DNA of 64,000 nucleotides from Euprymna scolopes (taxonomy: Eukaryota): the NCBI GenBank assembly GCA_053919585.1, contig CM132794.1; one strand, 5' to 3'. The position numbers were made by a program, and so were the translations under genes. The notes under the pieces were generated by a model. It made no database searches. It saw only the letters and a list, made by a program, of their open reading frames with translations, and was not told the DNA's origin. Of the stretch, positions 13,801 through 28,800 are shown in pieces. Numbering within the stretch: the stretch's first letter is position 1; each line of letters starts with the position of its first letter.

Positions 13801-16800
13801 GGAAAGTAATATTTCCCCTTCTTGGCGGTCGCAAAGCAGGATCTGCACTAACTTTTTCAAGTATTTTTTCCTTTATGACGTCACAAATCTATTTCCAAAA
13901 CACCATTTCTACTTCTCTTCGATTAGGAAAGTAATATTTTCCTTTCTTGGCGGTCGCAAAGCAGGATCTGCACTAACTTTTTCGAGTATTTTCCCTTTAT
14001 GACGTCACAAATCTATTTCCAAACACCATTTCTCTCCGATTAGGACAGTAATATTTCCCCTTCTTGGCGGTCGCAAAGCAGAATCTCCACTTACTTTTGC
14101 AAGTATTTTCCTTTAGGACGTCACAAATCTATTTCCAAAACACCATTTCTACTTGATAAATTCTCTCCGATTAGGAAAGTAATATTTCCCCATCTTGGCG
14201 GTAACAAAGCAGGATCTCCACTAACTTTTGCAAGTCTTTGTTCCTTTATCCCGTCACAAATCTATTTCCAAAACACCATTTCTACTTCTCTCCGATTAGG
14301 AAAGTAATATTTCCCCTTCTTAGCGGTCGCAAAGCAGGATCTCCACTAACTTTTGCAAGTATTTTTTCGTTTATGACGTCACAAATCTAGTTCCAAAACA
14401 CCATTTCTACTTCTCTCCGATTAGGAAAGTAAAATTTCCCCTTCTTGGCGGTCGCAAAGCAGGATCTCCACTAACTATTGCAAGTATTTTCCTTTATGAC
14501 GTAACAAATCTCTTTCCAAAACACCATTTCTACTTCTCTCCGATTAGGAAAGTAATATTTCCCCTTCTTAGCGGTCGCAAAGCAGGATCTCAACTAACTT
14601 TTGCAAGTATTTTTTCGTTTATGACGTCACAAATCTATTTCCAAAACACCATTTCTAATTGATAAATTCTCTCCGATTAGGAAAGTAATATTTCCCCTTC
14701 GTGGCGGTCGCAAAGCAGGATCTCCACTAACTTGGTCAAGTATTTTTTCGTTTATGACGTCACAAATCTATTTCCAAAACCCCATTTCCACTTGATAAAT
14801 TCTCTCCGTTTAGGAAAGTAGTATTCCCCTTCTTGGCGGTTGCAAAGCAGGATCTCAATTAACATTTGCAAGTATTTTGTCCTTTATGATGTCACAATTC
14901 TTTTTCAATAACACCATTTCTACATGATAAATTCTCTCCGATTAGGAAAGTAATATTTCCCCTTCTTGGCGGTCGCAAAGCAGGATCTCCACTAACTTTT
15001 GCAAGTATTTTTTCCTTTATGACGTCACAAATCTGTTTCCAAAACACCATTTCTACTTCTCTCCGATTAGGAAAGTAATATTTCCCCTTCTTGGCGGTCG
15101 CAAACAGGATCTCCACTAACTTTTGCAAGTATTTTTTCCTTTATGACGTCACAAATCTATTTCCAAAACACCATTTCTACTTGATAAATTCTCTCCGATT
15201 AGGAAAGTAATATTTCTCCTTCTTGGCGGTCGCAAAGCAGGATCTCCACTAACTATTGCAAGTATTTTCCTTTATGACGTCACAAATCTATTTCCAAAAC
15301 ACCATTTCTACTTCTCTCCGATTAGGAAAGTAATATTTCCCCTTCTTAGCGGTCGCAAAGCAGGATCTCCACTTACTTTTGCAAGTATTTGTTCGTTTAT
15401 GACGTCACAAATCTATTTCCAAAACACCATTTCTAATTGATAAATTCTCTCCGATTAGGAAAGTAATATTTCCCCTTCTTGGCGGTCGCAAAGCAGGATC
15501 TCCACTAACTTGGTCAAGTATTTTTTCGTTTATGACGTCACAAATCTATTTCCAAAACACCATTTCCACTTGATAAATTCTCTCCGTTTAGGAAAGTAGT
15601 ATTCCCCGTCTAGCCAGTTGCAAAGCAGGATCTTAATTTTTGCAAGTATTTTTTCCTTTATGATGTCACAAATCTATTTCAATAACACCATTTCTACTTG
15701 ATAAATTCTCTCCGATTAGGAAAGTAATATTTCCCCATCTTGGCGGTCGCAAAGCAGGACCTCCACTCACTTTTGCAAGTATTTAATCCTTTTTGACGTC
15801 ACAAATCTCTTTCCAAAACATCATTTCTACTTCTCTCACATTACGAAAGTAATATTTTCCCTTTTTGGCGGTCGCAAAGCAGGATCTGCACTAACTTTTG
15901 TAAGTATTTTTTCCTTTATGACGTCACAAATCTATTTCCAAAACACCATTTCTACTTCTCTCCGATTAGGAAAGTAATATTTTCCCTTCTTGGCGGTCAT
16001 AAAGCGGGATCTGCACTAACTTGTTCGAGTATTTTTCCTTTATTACGTCACAAATCTATTTCCAACCACAATTTCTCTCCGATTAGGACAGTAATATTTC
16101 CCCTTCTTGGCGGTCGCAAAGCAGCATCTCCACTTACTTTTGCAAGTATTATTCTTTAGGACGTCACAAATCTAGTTCCAAAACACCATTTCTACTTGAT
16201 AAATTCTCTCCGATTAGGAAAGTAATATTTCCCCATCTTGGCGGTCGCAAAGAAGGATCTCCACTAACTTTTGCAAGTATTTTTCCTTTATGACATCACA
16301 AATCTTTTTCCAAAACACTATTTCTACTTCTCTCCGATTAGGAAAGTAATATTTCCCCTTCTTGGCGGTCGCAAAGCAGGATCTCCACTAACTTTTGCAA
16401 GTATTTTTTCTTTATGACGTCACAAATCTAGTTCCAAAACACCATTTCTACTTCTCTCCGATAAGGAAAGTAATATTTCCCCTCCTTGGCGGTCGCAAAG
16501 CAGGATCTCCACTAACTTTTGCAAGTATTTTTTTCCTTTATAATGTCACAAATCTAGTTCCAAAACACCATTTCTACTTCACAAATTCTCTCGTATTAGG
16601 AAAGTAATATTTCCCCTTCTTGGCGGTCGCAAAGCAGGATCTCCACTAACTTTTGCAAGTATTTTTTCCTTTATGACGTCACAAATCTATTTCCAAAATA
16701 CCATTTCTAATTGACAAATTCTCTCCGATTAGGAAAGTAATATTTCCCCTTCTTGGCGGTCGCAAAGCAGGATCTCCACTAACTTTTGCAAGTATTTTTT

Positions 16801-19800
16801 CGTTTATGACGTCACTAATCTATTTCCAAAACACCATTTCCACTTGATAAATTTTCTCCGTTTAGGAAAGTAGTATTCCCATTCTAGCCAGTTGCAAAGC
16901 AGGATCCTAATTAACTTTTGCAAGTATTTTTTCCTCTTTGATGTCACAAATCTATTTCAATAACACCATTTCTTCTTCTCTCCGATTAGGAAAGTAATAT
17001 TTCCCCTTCTTGGTTGTCGCAAACAGGACCTCCACTAATTTTTGCAAGTATTTGTTCCTTTATAACGTCACAAATCTATTTCCAAAACACCATTTCTACT
17101 TGACAAATTCTCTCCGATTAGGAAAGTAAAATTTCCCCTTCTTGGCGGTCGCAAAGCAGGATCTCCACTAACTATTGCAAGTATTTTCCATTATGACGTC
17201 ACAAATCTATTTACAAAACACCATTTCTACTTCTCTCCGATTAGGAAAGTAATTTTTCCCCTTCTTAGCTGTCGCAAAGCAGGATCTCCACTAACTTTTG
17301 CAAGTATTTTTTCGTTTATGACGTCACACATCTATTTCCAAAACACCATTTCTAATTGATAAATTCTCTCCGATTAGGAAAGTAATATTTCCCCTTCTTG
17401 GCGGTCGCAAAGCAGGATCTCCACTAACTTGGTCAAGTATTTTTTCGTTTATCACGTCACAAATCTATTTCCAAAAACCCATTTCAAATTGATAATTTCT
17501 CTCCGTTTAGGAAAGTAGTATTCCCCTTCTTGGCGGTTGCAAAGCAGGATCTCAATCAACATTTGCAAGTATTTTTTCCTTTATGATGTAACAAATCTTT
17601 TTCAATAACACTATTTCTACATAATTCTCTCCGATTAGGAAAGTAATATTTCCCCTTCTTGGCGGTCGCAAAGCAGGATCTTCACTACCTTTCTCGAGTA
17701 TTTTTAATTTAGGACGTCACAAATCTATTTCCTAAAAACAACTTCTCTCCGATAAGGAAAGTAATATTTCCCCTTCTTGGCGGTCGCAAAGCAGGATCTC
17801 CACTAACTTTGCAAGTATTTTTCCTTTATGACGTCATGAATCTATTTCCTTAACACCATTTCTCTCCGATAAGGAAAGTAATATTTCCCCTTCTTGGCGG
17901 TCGCAAAGCAGGATCTCAACTAACTTTTGCAAGTATTTTTCCTTTATGACGTCACAAATTTATTTCCAAAACACCATTTCTACTTCTCTCCGATTAGGAA
18001 AGTAATATTTCCTCTTCTTGGCGGTCGCAAAGCAGGATCTCCACATACTTTTGCAATTATTTTTCCTTTATGACGTCACAAATCTATTTCCAAAACACCA
18101 TTTCTACTTCTCTCCGATTAGGAAAGTAATATTTCCCCTCCTTGGCGTTCGCAAAGCAGGATCTCCACTCACTTTTGCAAGTATTTTTTCCTTTATGACG
18201 TCACAAATCTATTTCCAAAACACCATTTCTACTTGACAAATTCTCTCCGATTAGGAAAGTAATATTTCCCCTTCTTGGCGGTCGCAAAACAGGATCTCCA
18301 CTAAATTTTGCAAGTATTTTTTCGTTTATGACGTCACAAATCTATTTCCAAAACACCATTTCTACTTCTCTCCGATTAGGAAAGTTTCCTCTTCTTGGCG
18401 GTCGCAAAGCAGGATCTCCACTAACTTTCTCGAGTATTTTTCATTTATGACGTCACAATCTTTTCTCTCCGATTAGGAAAGTAATATTTCCTCTTCTTGG
18501 CGGTCGCAAAGCAGGATCTCCGCTAACTTTTGCTAGTATGTTTTTCTTTATGACGTCACAAATCTATTTCCAAAACACCATTTCTACTTCTCTCTGATTA
18601 GGAAAGTAATATTTCCCCTTCTTGGCGGTCGCAAATCAGGATCTCCACTAACTTTGCAAGTATATTTTCCTTAATGACGTCACAAATCTATTTCAAAAAC
18701 ACCATTTCTACTTCTCTCCGATTAGGAATTTAATATTTCCCCTTCTTTGCGGTCGCAAACAGGATCTTTGCAACAATACTTTGCAAGTATTTTTCCTTTA
18801 TGACGTCACAAATCTATTTCTTAAACACCATTACTCTCCGGAAAGGAAAGTAATATTTCCCCTTCTTGGCGGTCGCAAAGCAGGATCTCCACTAACTTTT
18901 GCAAGTAGTTTTCCATTATGACGTAAAAATCTATTTCTAAAACAGCATTTCTCCTTGATAAATTCTCTCCGATTAGGACGGTAATATTTCCCCCTCTTGG
19001 CGGTCGCAAAGCAGGATCTCAACTAACTTTTGCAAGTATTTTTCCTTTATGACGTCACAAATCTATTTCCAAAGCACCATTTCTACTTGATAAATTCTCT
19101 CCAATTAGGAAAGTAATATTTCCCCTTCTTGGCGGTCGCAAAGCAGGATCTCCACTAACTTTTGCAAGTATTTTTTCCTTTATGACGTCACAAATCTATT
19201 TCCAAAACACCATTTCTACTTCTCTCCGATTAGGAAAGTAATATTTCCCCTTCTTGGCGGTCGCAAAGCAGGATCTCCACTAATTTTTGCAAGTATTTTT
19301 TCCTTTATGATGTCACAAATCTATTTCCAAAACACCATTTATACTTGACAAATTCTCTCACATTACAAAAGTAATATTTCCCTTTTTTTGCGGTCGCAAA
19401 GCAGGATCTCCACTAATTTTTACAAGTATTTTTCCTTTATGACGTCACAAATCTATTTCCAAAACACCATTTCTACTTCTCTCCGATTAGGAAAGTAATA
19501 TTTCCCCTTCTTGGCGGTCGCAAAGCAGGATCTCCACTAATTTTTGCAAGTATTTTTTCCTTTATGATGTCACAAATGTATTTCCAAAACACCATTTCTA
19601 CTTGACAAATTCTCTCCGATTAGGAAAGTAATATTTCCCCTTCTTGGCGGTCGCAAAGCAGGATCTCCACTAACTTTTGCAAGTATTTTTCCTTTATGAC
19701 GTCACAAATCTATTTCGAAAACACCATTTTTACTTGATAAATTCTCTCCGATAAGGACAGTAATATTTCTCCTTCTTGGCGGTCGCAAAGCAGGATCTGC

Positions 19801-22800
19801 ACTAACTTTTGCAAGTATTTGTTCCTTTATGACGTCACAAATCAATTTTCAAAACACCATTTCTACTTGACAAATTCTCTCCGATTAGGAAAGTAATATT
19901 TCCACTTTATGGCGGTCGCAAAGCAGGATCTCCCTAACTTTTGCAAGTATTTTTTCGTTTATGACGTCACAAATCTATTTCCAAAACATCATTTCTACTT
20001 CTCTCACATTACGAAAGTAATATTTCCCTTTTTTTGCGGTCGAAAAGCGTGATCTCCACTAACTTTTGCAACTATTTTTCCTTTATGACGTCACAAATCT
20101 ATTTCCAAAACACCATTTCTACTTGTCTCCGATTAGGAAAGTAATATTTCCCCTCCTTGGCGGTCGCAAAGCAGGATCTCCACTAACTTTTGCAAGTATT
20201 TGTTCCTTTATGACGTCACAAATCTATTTCCAAAACACCATTTCTACTTCTCTCCGATTAGGAAATAAATATTTCCCCTTCTTTGGCGGTCGCAAAGCAG
20301 GATCTCCACTAATTTTTGCAAGTATTTTTTCCTTTATGATGTCACAAATCTATTTCAAAAAAACCATTTCTACTTGACAAATTCTCTCACATTACGAAAG
20401 TAATATTTCCCTTTTTTTGCGGTCGCAAAGCAGGATCTCCACTAACTTTTGCAAGTATTTTTCCTTTATGACGTCACAAATCTATTTCCAAAACACCATT
20501 TTTACTTGTCTCCGATTAGGAAAGTAATATTTCCCCTCCTTGGCGGTCGCAAAGCAAGATCTCCACTAACTTTTGCAAGTATTTTTTCCTTTATGACGTC
20601 ACAAATCTATTTCCAAAACACCATTTCTACTTCTCTCCGATTAGGAAAGTAATATTTACCCTTCTTGGCGGTCGCAAAGCAGGATCTCCACTAATTTTTG
20701 CAAGTATTTTTTCCTTTATGATGTCACAAATGTATTTCCAAAACACCATTTCTACTTGACAAATTCTCTCCGATTAGGAAAGTAATATTTCCCCTTCTTG
20801 GCGGTCGCAAAGCAGGATCTCCACTAACTTTTGCAAGTATTTGTTCCTTTATGACGTCACAAATATATTTCCAAAACACCATTTCTACTTCTCTCCGATT
20901 AGGAAATAAATATTTCCCCTTCTTTGGCGGTCGCAAAGCAGGATCTCCACTAATTTTTGCAAGTATTTTTTCCTTTATGATGTCACAAATCTATTTCAAA
21001 AACACCATTTCTACTTGACAAATTCTCTCACATTACGAAAGTAATATTTCCCTTTTTTTGCGGTCGCAAAGCAGGATCTCCACTAACTTTTGCAAGTATT
21101 TTTCCTTTATGACGTCACAAATCTATTTCCAAAACACCATTTTTACTTGTCTCCGATTAGGAAAGTAATATTTCCCCTCCTTGGCGGTCGCAAAGCAAGA
21201 TCTCAACTAACTTTTGCAAGTATTTTTTCCTTTATGACGTCACAAATCTATTTCCAAAACACCATTTCTACTTCTCTCCGATTAGGAAAGTAATATTTCC
21301 CCTTCTTGGCGGTCGCAAAGCAGGATCTCCACTAATTTTTGCAAGTATTTTTTCCTTTATGATGTCACAAATGTATTTCCAAAACACCATTTCTACTTGA
21401 CAAATTCTCTCCGTTTAGGAAAGTAATATTTCCCCTTCTTGGCGGTCGCAAAGCAGGATCTCCACTAACTTTTGCAAGTATTTTTCCTTTATTACGTCAC
21501 AAATCTATTTCCAAAAGACCATTTCTCTCCGAGAAGGAAAGTAATATTTCCCCTTCTTGGCGGTCGCAAAGCAGGATCTCCACTAACTTTTGCAAGTATT
21601 TTTCCATTATGACGTCAAACATCTATTTCCAAAACACCATTTCTACTTGATATATTATCTCCGATTAGGAAAGTAATATTTCCCCTTCTTGGCGGTCGCA
21701 AAGCAGGATCTCCACTAACTGTTTCAAGTATTTTTCCTTTATGACGTCACAAATCTATCTCCAAAACACCATTTCTACTTCTCTCCGATGAGGAAAGTAA
21801 TATTTACCCTTCTTGGCGGTCGCAAAGCAGGATCTCCACTAACGTTTGCAAGTATTTTTCCTTTATGACGTCACACATCTATTGCCAAAACACCATTTCT
21901 ACTTCTCTCCGATTAGGAAAGTAATATTTCCCCTTCTTGGCGGTCGCAAAGCAGGATCACTAACTTTTTCAAGTATTTTTCCTTTATGACGTCACAAATC
22001 TATTTCCAAAACACCATTCCTACTTCTCTCCGATTAGGAAAGTAATATTTCCTCTTCTTGGCGGTCGCACAGCAGGATCTCCACTAAATTTGCAAGTATT
22101 TTTTCCTTTATGACGTCACAAATCTATTTCCAAAACACCATTTCTACTTGACAAATTCTCTCCGATTAGGAAAGTAATATTTCCCATTTTTGGCGGTCGC
22201 AAAGCAGGATCTCCACTAACTTTTGCAAGTATTTTTTCGTTTATGACGTCACAAATCTATTTCCAAAACACCATTTCCACTTGATAAATTTTCTCCGTTT
22301 AGGAAAGTAGTATTTCCCCTTCTTGGCGGTTGCAAAGCAGGATCTCCACTAACTTTTGCGAGTATTTTTTCCTTTATGACGTCACAAATCTATTTCAAAA
22401 ACACCATTTCTACTTCTCTCCGATTAGGAAAGTAATATTTCCTCTTCTTGGCGGTCGTAACGCAGGATCTCCACTCACTTTTGCAAGTATTTTTTACTTT
22501 ATGACGTCACAAATCTATTTCCAAAACACCATTTCTACTTTACTAATTCTCTCCGATTAGGTAAGTAATATTTCCCATTTTTGGCGGTCGCAAAGCAGGA
22601 TCTCCACTAACTTTTTCAAGTATTTTTTCGTTTATGACGTCACAAATCTATTTTTAACACTCCATTTCCACTTGATAAACTTTCTCCGTTTAGGAAAGTT
22701 GTATTTCCCCTTCTTGGCGGTTGCAAAGCAGGATCTCCACTAACTTTTGCAAGTATTTTTCCTTTATGACGTCACAAATCTATTTCCAAAACACCATTTC

Positions 22801-25800
22801 TACTTGATAAATTCTCTCCGATTAGAAAAGTAATATTTCCCCATCTTGGCGGTCGCAAAGCAGGATCTCCACTAACTTTTGCAAGTATTTTTCCTTTATG
22901 ACATCACAAATCTTTTTCCAAAACACTATTTTTACTTCTCTCCGATTAGGAAAGTAATATTTCCCCTTCTTGGCGGTCGCAAAGCAGGATCTCCACTAAC
23001 TTTTGCAAGTATTTTTTCCTTTATGACGTCACAAATCTATTTCCAAAACACCATTTCTACTTTTCTCCGATTAGGAAAGTAATATTTCCTCTTCCTGGCG
23101 GTCGCAAAGCAGGATATCCACTAACTTTTGCAAGTATTTTTTCCTTTATGACGTCACAAATATATTTCCAAAACACCATTTCTACTTGACAAATTCTCTC
23201 CGATTAGGAAAGTAATATTTCCCCTTCTTGGCGGTCGCAAAGCAGGATCTCCACTAACTTTTGCAAGTATTTTTTTTATGACGTCACAAATCTATTTCCA
23301 AAACACCATTTCGACTTGATAAATTCTCTCCGTTTAGGAAAGTAGTATTCCCCTTCTTGGCGGTTGCAAAGCAGGATCTCAATAAACTTTTGCAAGTATT
23401 TTTTCCTTTATGATGTCACAAATCTATTTCAAAAACACCATTTCTACTTGATAAATTCTCTCCAATTAGGAAAGTAATATTTCCCCTTCTTGGCGTTCGC
23501 AAAGCAGGATCTTCGCTAACTTTTGCAAGTATTTTTTTCTTTATGGCGTCACAAATCTATTTCCAAAACACCATTTCTACTTCTCTCCCATTAGGAAAGT
23601 AATATTTCCCCTCCTTGGCTGTCGCAAAGCAAGATCTCCCCTAACTTTCGCAAGTATTTTTTCCTTTATGACGTCACAAATCTATTTCTAAAACACCATT
23701 TCTACTTCTCTCCGATTAGGAAAGTAATATTTCCCCTTCTTGGCGGTCGCAAAGCAGGATATCCACTAACTTTTGCAAATATTTTTTCCTTTATGACGTC
23801 ACAAATCTGTTTACAAAACATCATTTCTACTTCTCTCACATTACGAAAGTAATATTTTCCCTTTTTGGCGGGCGCAAAGCAGGATCTGCACTAACTTTTG
23901 CAAGTATTTTTTCCTTTATGACGTCACAAATCTATTTCCAAAACACCATTTCTACTTGACAAATTCTCCCCGATTAGGAAAGTAATATTTCCCCTTCTTG
24001 GCTACCCAACCCGGATCTCCACTAACTTTTGCAAGTATTTCTTTGCTTATGACGTCACAAATCTATTTCCAAAACACCATTTCTACTTGACAAATTCTCT
24101 CCGATTAGGAAAGTAATATTTCCTCTTCTTGGCGGTCGCAAAGCAGGATCTCCACTAACTTTTGCAAGTATTTTTTTCTTTATTACGTCACAAATCTATT
24201 TCCAAAACACCATTTCTACTTGACAAATTCTCTCCGATTAGGAAAGTAATATGTCCCCTTCTTTGCGGTCGCAAAGCAGGATATCCATTAGGTTTTGCAA
24301 GTATTTTTTCGTTTATGACGTCACAAATCTATTTCCAAAACACCAGTTCCACTTGACACATTCTCTCCGTTTAGGAAAGTTGAATTTCCCCTGCTTGGCG
24401 GTTGCAAAGCAGGATCTCAATAAACTTTTGCAAGTATTTTTCCTTTATGATGTCACGAATCTATTTCCAAAACACCATTTCTACTTGATAAATTCTCTCC
24501 GATTAGGAAAGTAATATTTCCCCTTCTTGGCGGTCGCAAAGCAGGATCTGCACTAACTTTTGCAAGTATTTTTTCCTTTATGACGTCACAAATCTATTTC
24601 CAAAACACCATTTGTACTTCTCTCCGATTAGGAAAGTAATATTTCCCCTTCTTCGCGGTCGCAAAGCAGGATCTCCAATCACTTTTGCAAGTATTTGTTC
24701 CATTATGACGTCACAAATCTGTTTCCAAAACATCATTTCTACTTCTCTCACATTACGAAAGAAATATATCCCCTTTTTTGCGGTTGCAAAGCAGGATCTG
24801 CACTAACTTTTGCAAGTATTTTTTCCTTTATGACGTCACAAATCTATTTCCAAAACACCATTTCTAATTGACAAATTCTCTCCGATTAGGAAAGTAATAT
24901 TTCCCCTTCTTGGCGGTCGCAAAGCAGGATCTCCACTAACTTTTGCAAGTATTTTTTCGTTTATGACGTAACAAATCTATTTCCAAAACACCATTTCTAC
25001 TTCTCTCCGATTAGGAAAGTAATATTTTCCTTTCTTGGCGGTCGCAAAGCAGGATCTGCACTAACTTTTTCGATTATTTTCCCTTTATGACGTCACAAAT
25101 CTATTTCCAAACACAATTTCTCTCCGATAAGGACAGTAATATTTCCCCTTCTTGGCGGTCGCAAAGCAGCATATCCACTTACTTTTGCAAGTATTTTCCT
25201 TTAGGACGTCACAAATCTATTTCCAAAACACCATTTCTACTTGATAAATTCTCTCCGATTAGGAAAGTAATATTTCCCCATCTTGGCGGTAACAAAGCAG
25301 GATCTCCACTAACTTTTGCAAGTATTTTTCCTTTATGACGTCACAAATCTAGTTCCAAAACACCATTTCTACTTCTCTCCGATAAGGAAAGTAATATTTC
25401 CCCTCCTTGGCGGTCGCAAAGCAGGATCTCCACTAACTTTTGCAAGTATTTTTTTTCCTTTATGACGTCAAAAATCTTTTTCCAAAACACCATTTCTACT
25501 TCTCTCCGATAAGGAAAGTAATATATCCCCTTCTTGGCGGTCGCAAACAGGATCTCCACTAATTTTTGCAATTCTTTGTTCCTTTATCCCGTCACAAATC
25601 TATTTCCAAAGCACCATTTCTACTTCTCTCCGATTAGGAAAGTAAAATTTCCCCTTCTTAGCGGTCGCAAAGCAGGATCTCCACTAACTTTTGCAAGTAT
25701 TTTTTCGTTTATGACGTCACAAATCTAGTTCCAAAACACCATTTCTACTTCTCTCCGATTAGGAAAGTAAAATTTCCCCTTCTGAGCGGTCGCAAAGCAG

Positions 25801-28800
25801 GATCTCCACTAACTATTGCAAGTATTTTCCTTTATGACGTCACAAATCTATTTCCAAAACACCATTTCTACTTCTCTCCGATTAGGAAAGTAATATTTCC
25901 CCTTCTTAGCGGTCGCAAAGCAGGATCTCCACTAACTTTTGCAAGTATTTTTTCGTTTATGACGTCACAAATCTATTTCCAAAACACCATTTCTACATGA
26001 TAAATTCTCTCCGATTAGGAAAGTAATATTTCCCCTTCTTGGCGGTCGCAAAGCAGGATCTCCACTAACTTTTGCAAGTATTTTTTCCTTTATGACGTCA
26101 CAAATCTGTTTCCAAAACACCATTTCTACTTCTCTCCGATTAGGAAAGTAATATTTCCCCTTCTTGGCGGTCGCTAACAGGATCTCCACTAATTTTTACA
26201 AGTATTTGTTCACGTCACAAATCTATTTCCAAAACACCATTTCTACTTGATAAATTCTCTCCAATTGGAAAGTAATATTTCCCCTTCTTGGCGGTCGCAA
26301 AGCAGTATCTCCACTAACTATTGCAAGTATTTTCCTTTATGACGTCACAAATCTATTTCCAAAACACCATTTCTACTTCTCTCCAATTAGGAAAGTAATA
26401 TTTCCCCTTCTTAGCGGTCGCAAAGCAGGATCTCCACTAACTTTTGCAAGTATTTGTTCGTTTATGACGTCACAAATCTATTTCCAAAACACCATTTCTA
26501 ATTGATAAATTCTCTCCGATTAGGAAAGTAATATTTCCCCTTCTTGGCGGTCGCAAAGCAGGATCTCCACTAACTTGGTCAAGTATTTTTTCGTTTATGA
26601 CGTCACAAATCTATTTCCAAAACACCATTTCCACTTGATAAATTCTCTCCGTTTAGGAAAGTAGTATTCCCCGTCTAGCCAGTTGCAAAGCAGGATCTTA
26701 ATTAACTTTTGCAAGTATTTTTTCCTTTATGATGTCACAAATCTATTTCAATAACACCATTTCTACTTGATAAATTCTCTCCGATTAGGAAAGTAATATT
26801 TCCCCTTCTTGGCGGTCGCAAAGCAGGTCCTCCACTCACTTTTGCCAGTATTTAATCCTTTATTACGTCACAAATCTGTTTCCAAAACATCATTTCTACT
26901 TCTCTCACATTACGAAAGTAATATTTTCCCTTTTTGGCGGTCGCAAAGCAGGATCTCCACTAACTTTTGTAAGTATTTTTTCCTTTATGACGTCACAAAT
27001 CTATTTCCAAAACACCATTTCTACTTCTCTCCGATTAGGAAAGTAATATTTTCCCTTCTTGGCGGTCGCAAAGCGGGATCTGCACTAACTTGTTCGAGTA
27101 TTTTTCCTTTATGACGTCACAAATCAATTTCCAACCACCATTTCTCTCCGATTAGGACAGTAATATTTCCCCTTCTTGGCGGTCGCAAAGCAGCATCTCC
27201 ACTTACTTTTGCAAGTATTTTCCTTTAGGACGTCACAAATCTATTTCCAAAACACCATTTCTACTTGATAAATTCTCTCCGATTAGGAAAGTAATATTTC
27301 CCCATCTTGGCGGTCGCAAAGCAGGATCTCAACTAACTTTTGCAAGTATTTTTCCTTTATGAAATCACAAATCTTTTTCCAAAACACTATTTCTACTTCT
27401 CTCCGATTAGGAAAGTAATATTTCCCCTTCTTGGCGGTCGCAAAGCAGGATCTCCACTAACTTTTGCAAGTATTTTTCCTTTATGACGTCACAAATCTAG
27501 TTCCAAAACACCATTTCTACTTCTCTCCGATAAGGAAAGTAATATTTCCCCTCCTTGGCGGTCGCAAAGCAGGATCTCCACTAACTTTTGCAAGTACTTT
27601 TTTCCTTTATAACGTCACAAATCTAGTTCCAAAACACCATTTCTACTTCACAAATTCTCTCGTATTAGGAAAGTAATATTTCCCCTTCTTGGCGGTCGCA
27701 AAGCAGGATCTCCACTAACTTTTGCAAGTATTTTTTCCTTTATGACGTCACAAATCTATTTCCAAAATACCATTTCTAATTGACAAATTCTCTCCGATTA
27801 GGAAAGTAATATTTCCCCTTCTTGGCGGTCGCAAAGCAGGATCTCCACTAACTTTTGCAAGTATTTTTTCGTTTATGACGTCACTAATCTATTTCCAAAA
27901 CACCAGTTCCACTTGATAAATTTTCTCCGTTTAGGAAAGTAGTATTCCCATTCTAGCCAGTTGCAAAGCAGGATCCTAATTAACTTTTGCAAGTATTTTT
28001 TCCTCTTTGATGTCACAAATCTATTTCAATAACACCATTTCTACTTCTCTCCGATTAGGAAAGTAATATTTCCCCTTCTTGGCGGTCGCAAACAGGACCT
28101 CCACTAATTTTTGCAAGTATTTGTTCTTTTATCACGTCACAAATCTATTTCCAAAACACCATTTCTACTTGACAAATTCTCTCCGATTAGGAAAGTAAAA
28201 TTTCCCCTTCTTGGCGGTCGCAAAGCAGGATCTCCACTAACTATTGCAAGTATTTTCCATTATGACGTCACAAATCTATTTACAAAACACCATTTCTACT
28301 TCTCTCCGATTAGGAAAGTAATATTTCCCCTTCTTAGCGGTCGCAAAGCAGGATCTCCACTAACTTTTGCAAGTATTTTTTCGTTTATGACGTCACACAT
28401 CTATTTCCAAAACACCATTTCTAATTGATAAATTCTCTCCGATTAGGAAAGTAATATTTCCCCTTCTTGGCGGTCGCAAAGCAGGATCTGCACTAACTTT
28501 TGCAAGTATTTTTTCGTTTATGACGTCACAAATCTATTTCCAAAAACCCATTTCAAATTGATAATTTCTCTCCGTTTAGGAAAGTAATATTTCCCCTTGT
28601 TGGCGGTCGCAAAGCAGGATCTTCACTACCTTTCTCGAGTATTTTTAATTTAGGACGTCACAAATCTATTTCCTAAACACCACTTCTCTCCGATAAGGAA
28701 AGTAATATTTCCCCTTCTTGGCGGTCGCAAAGCAGGATCTCCACTAACTTTGCAAGTGTTTTCCTTTATGACGTCATTAATCTATTTCCTTAACACCATT

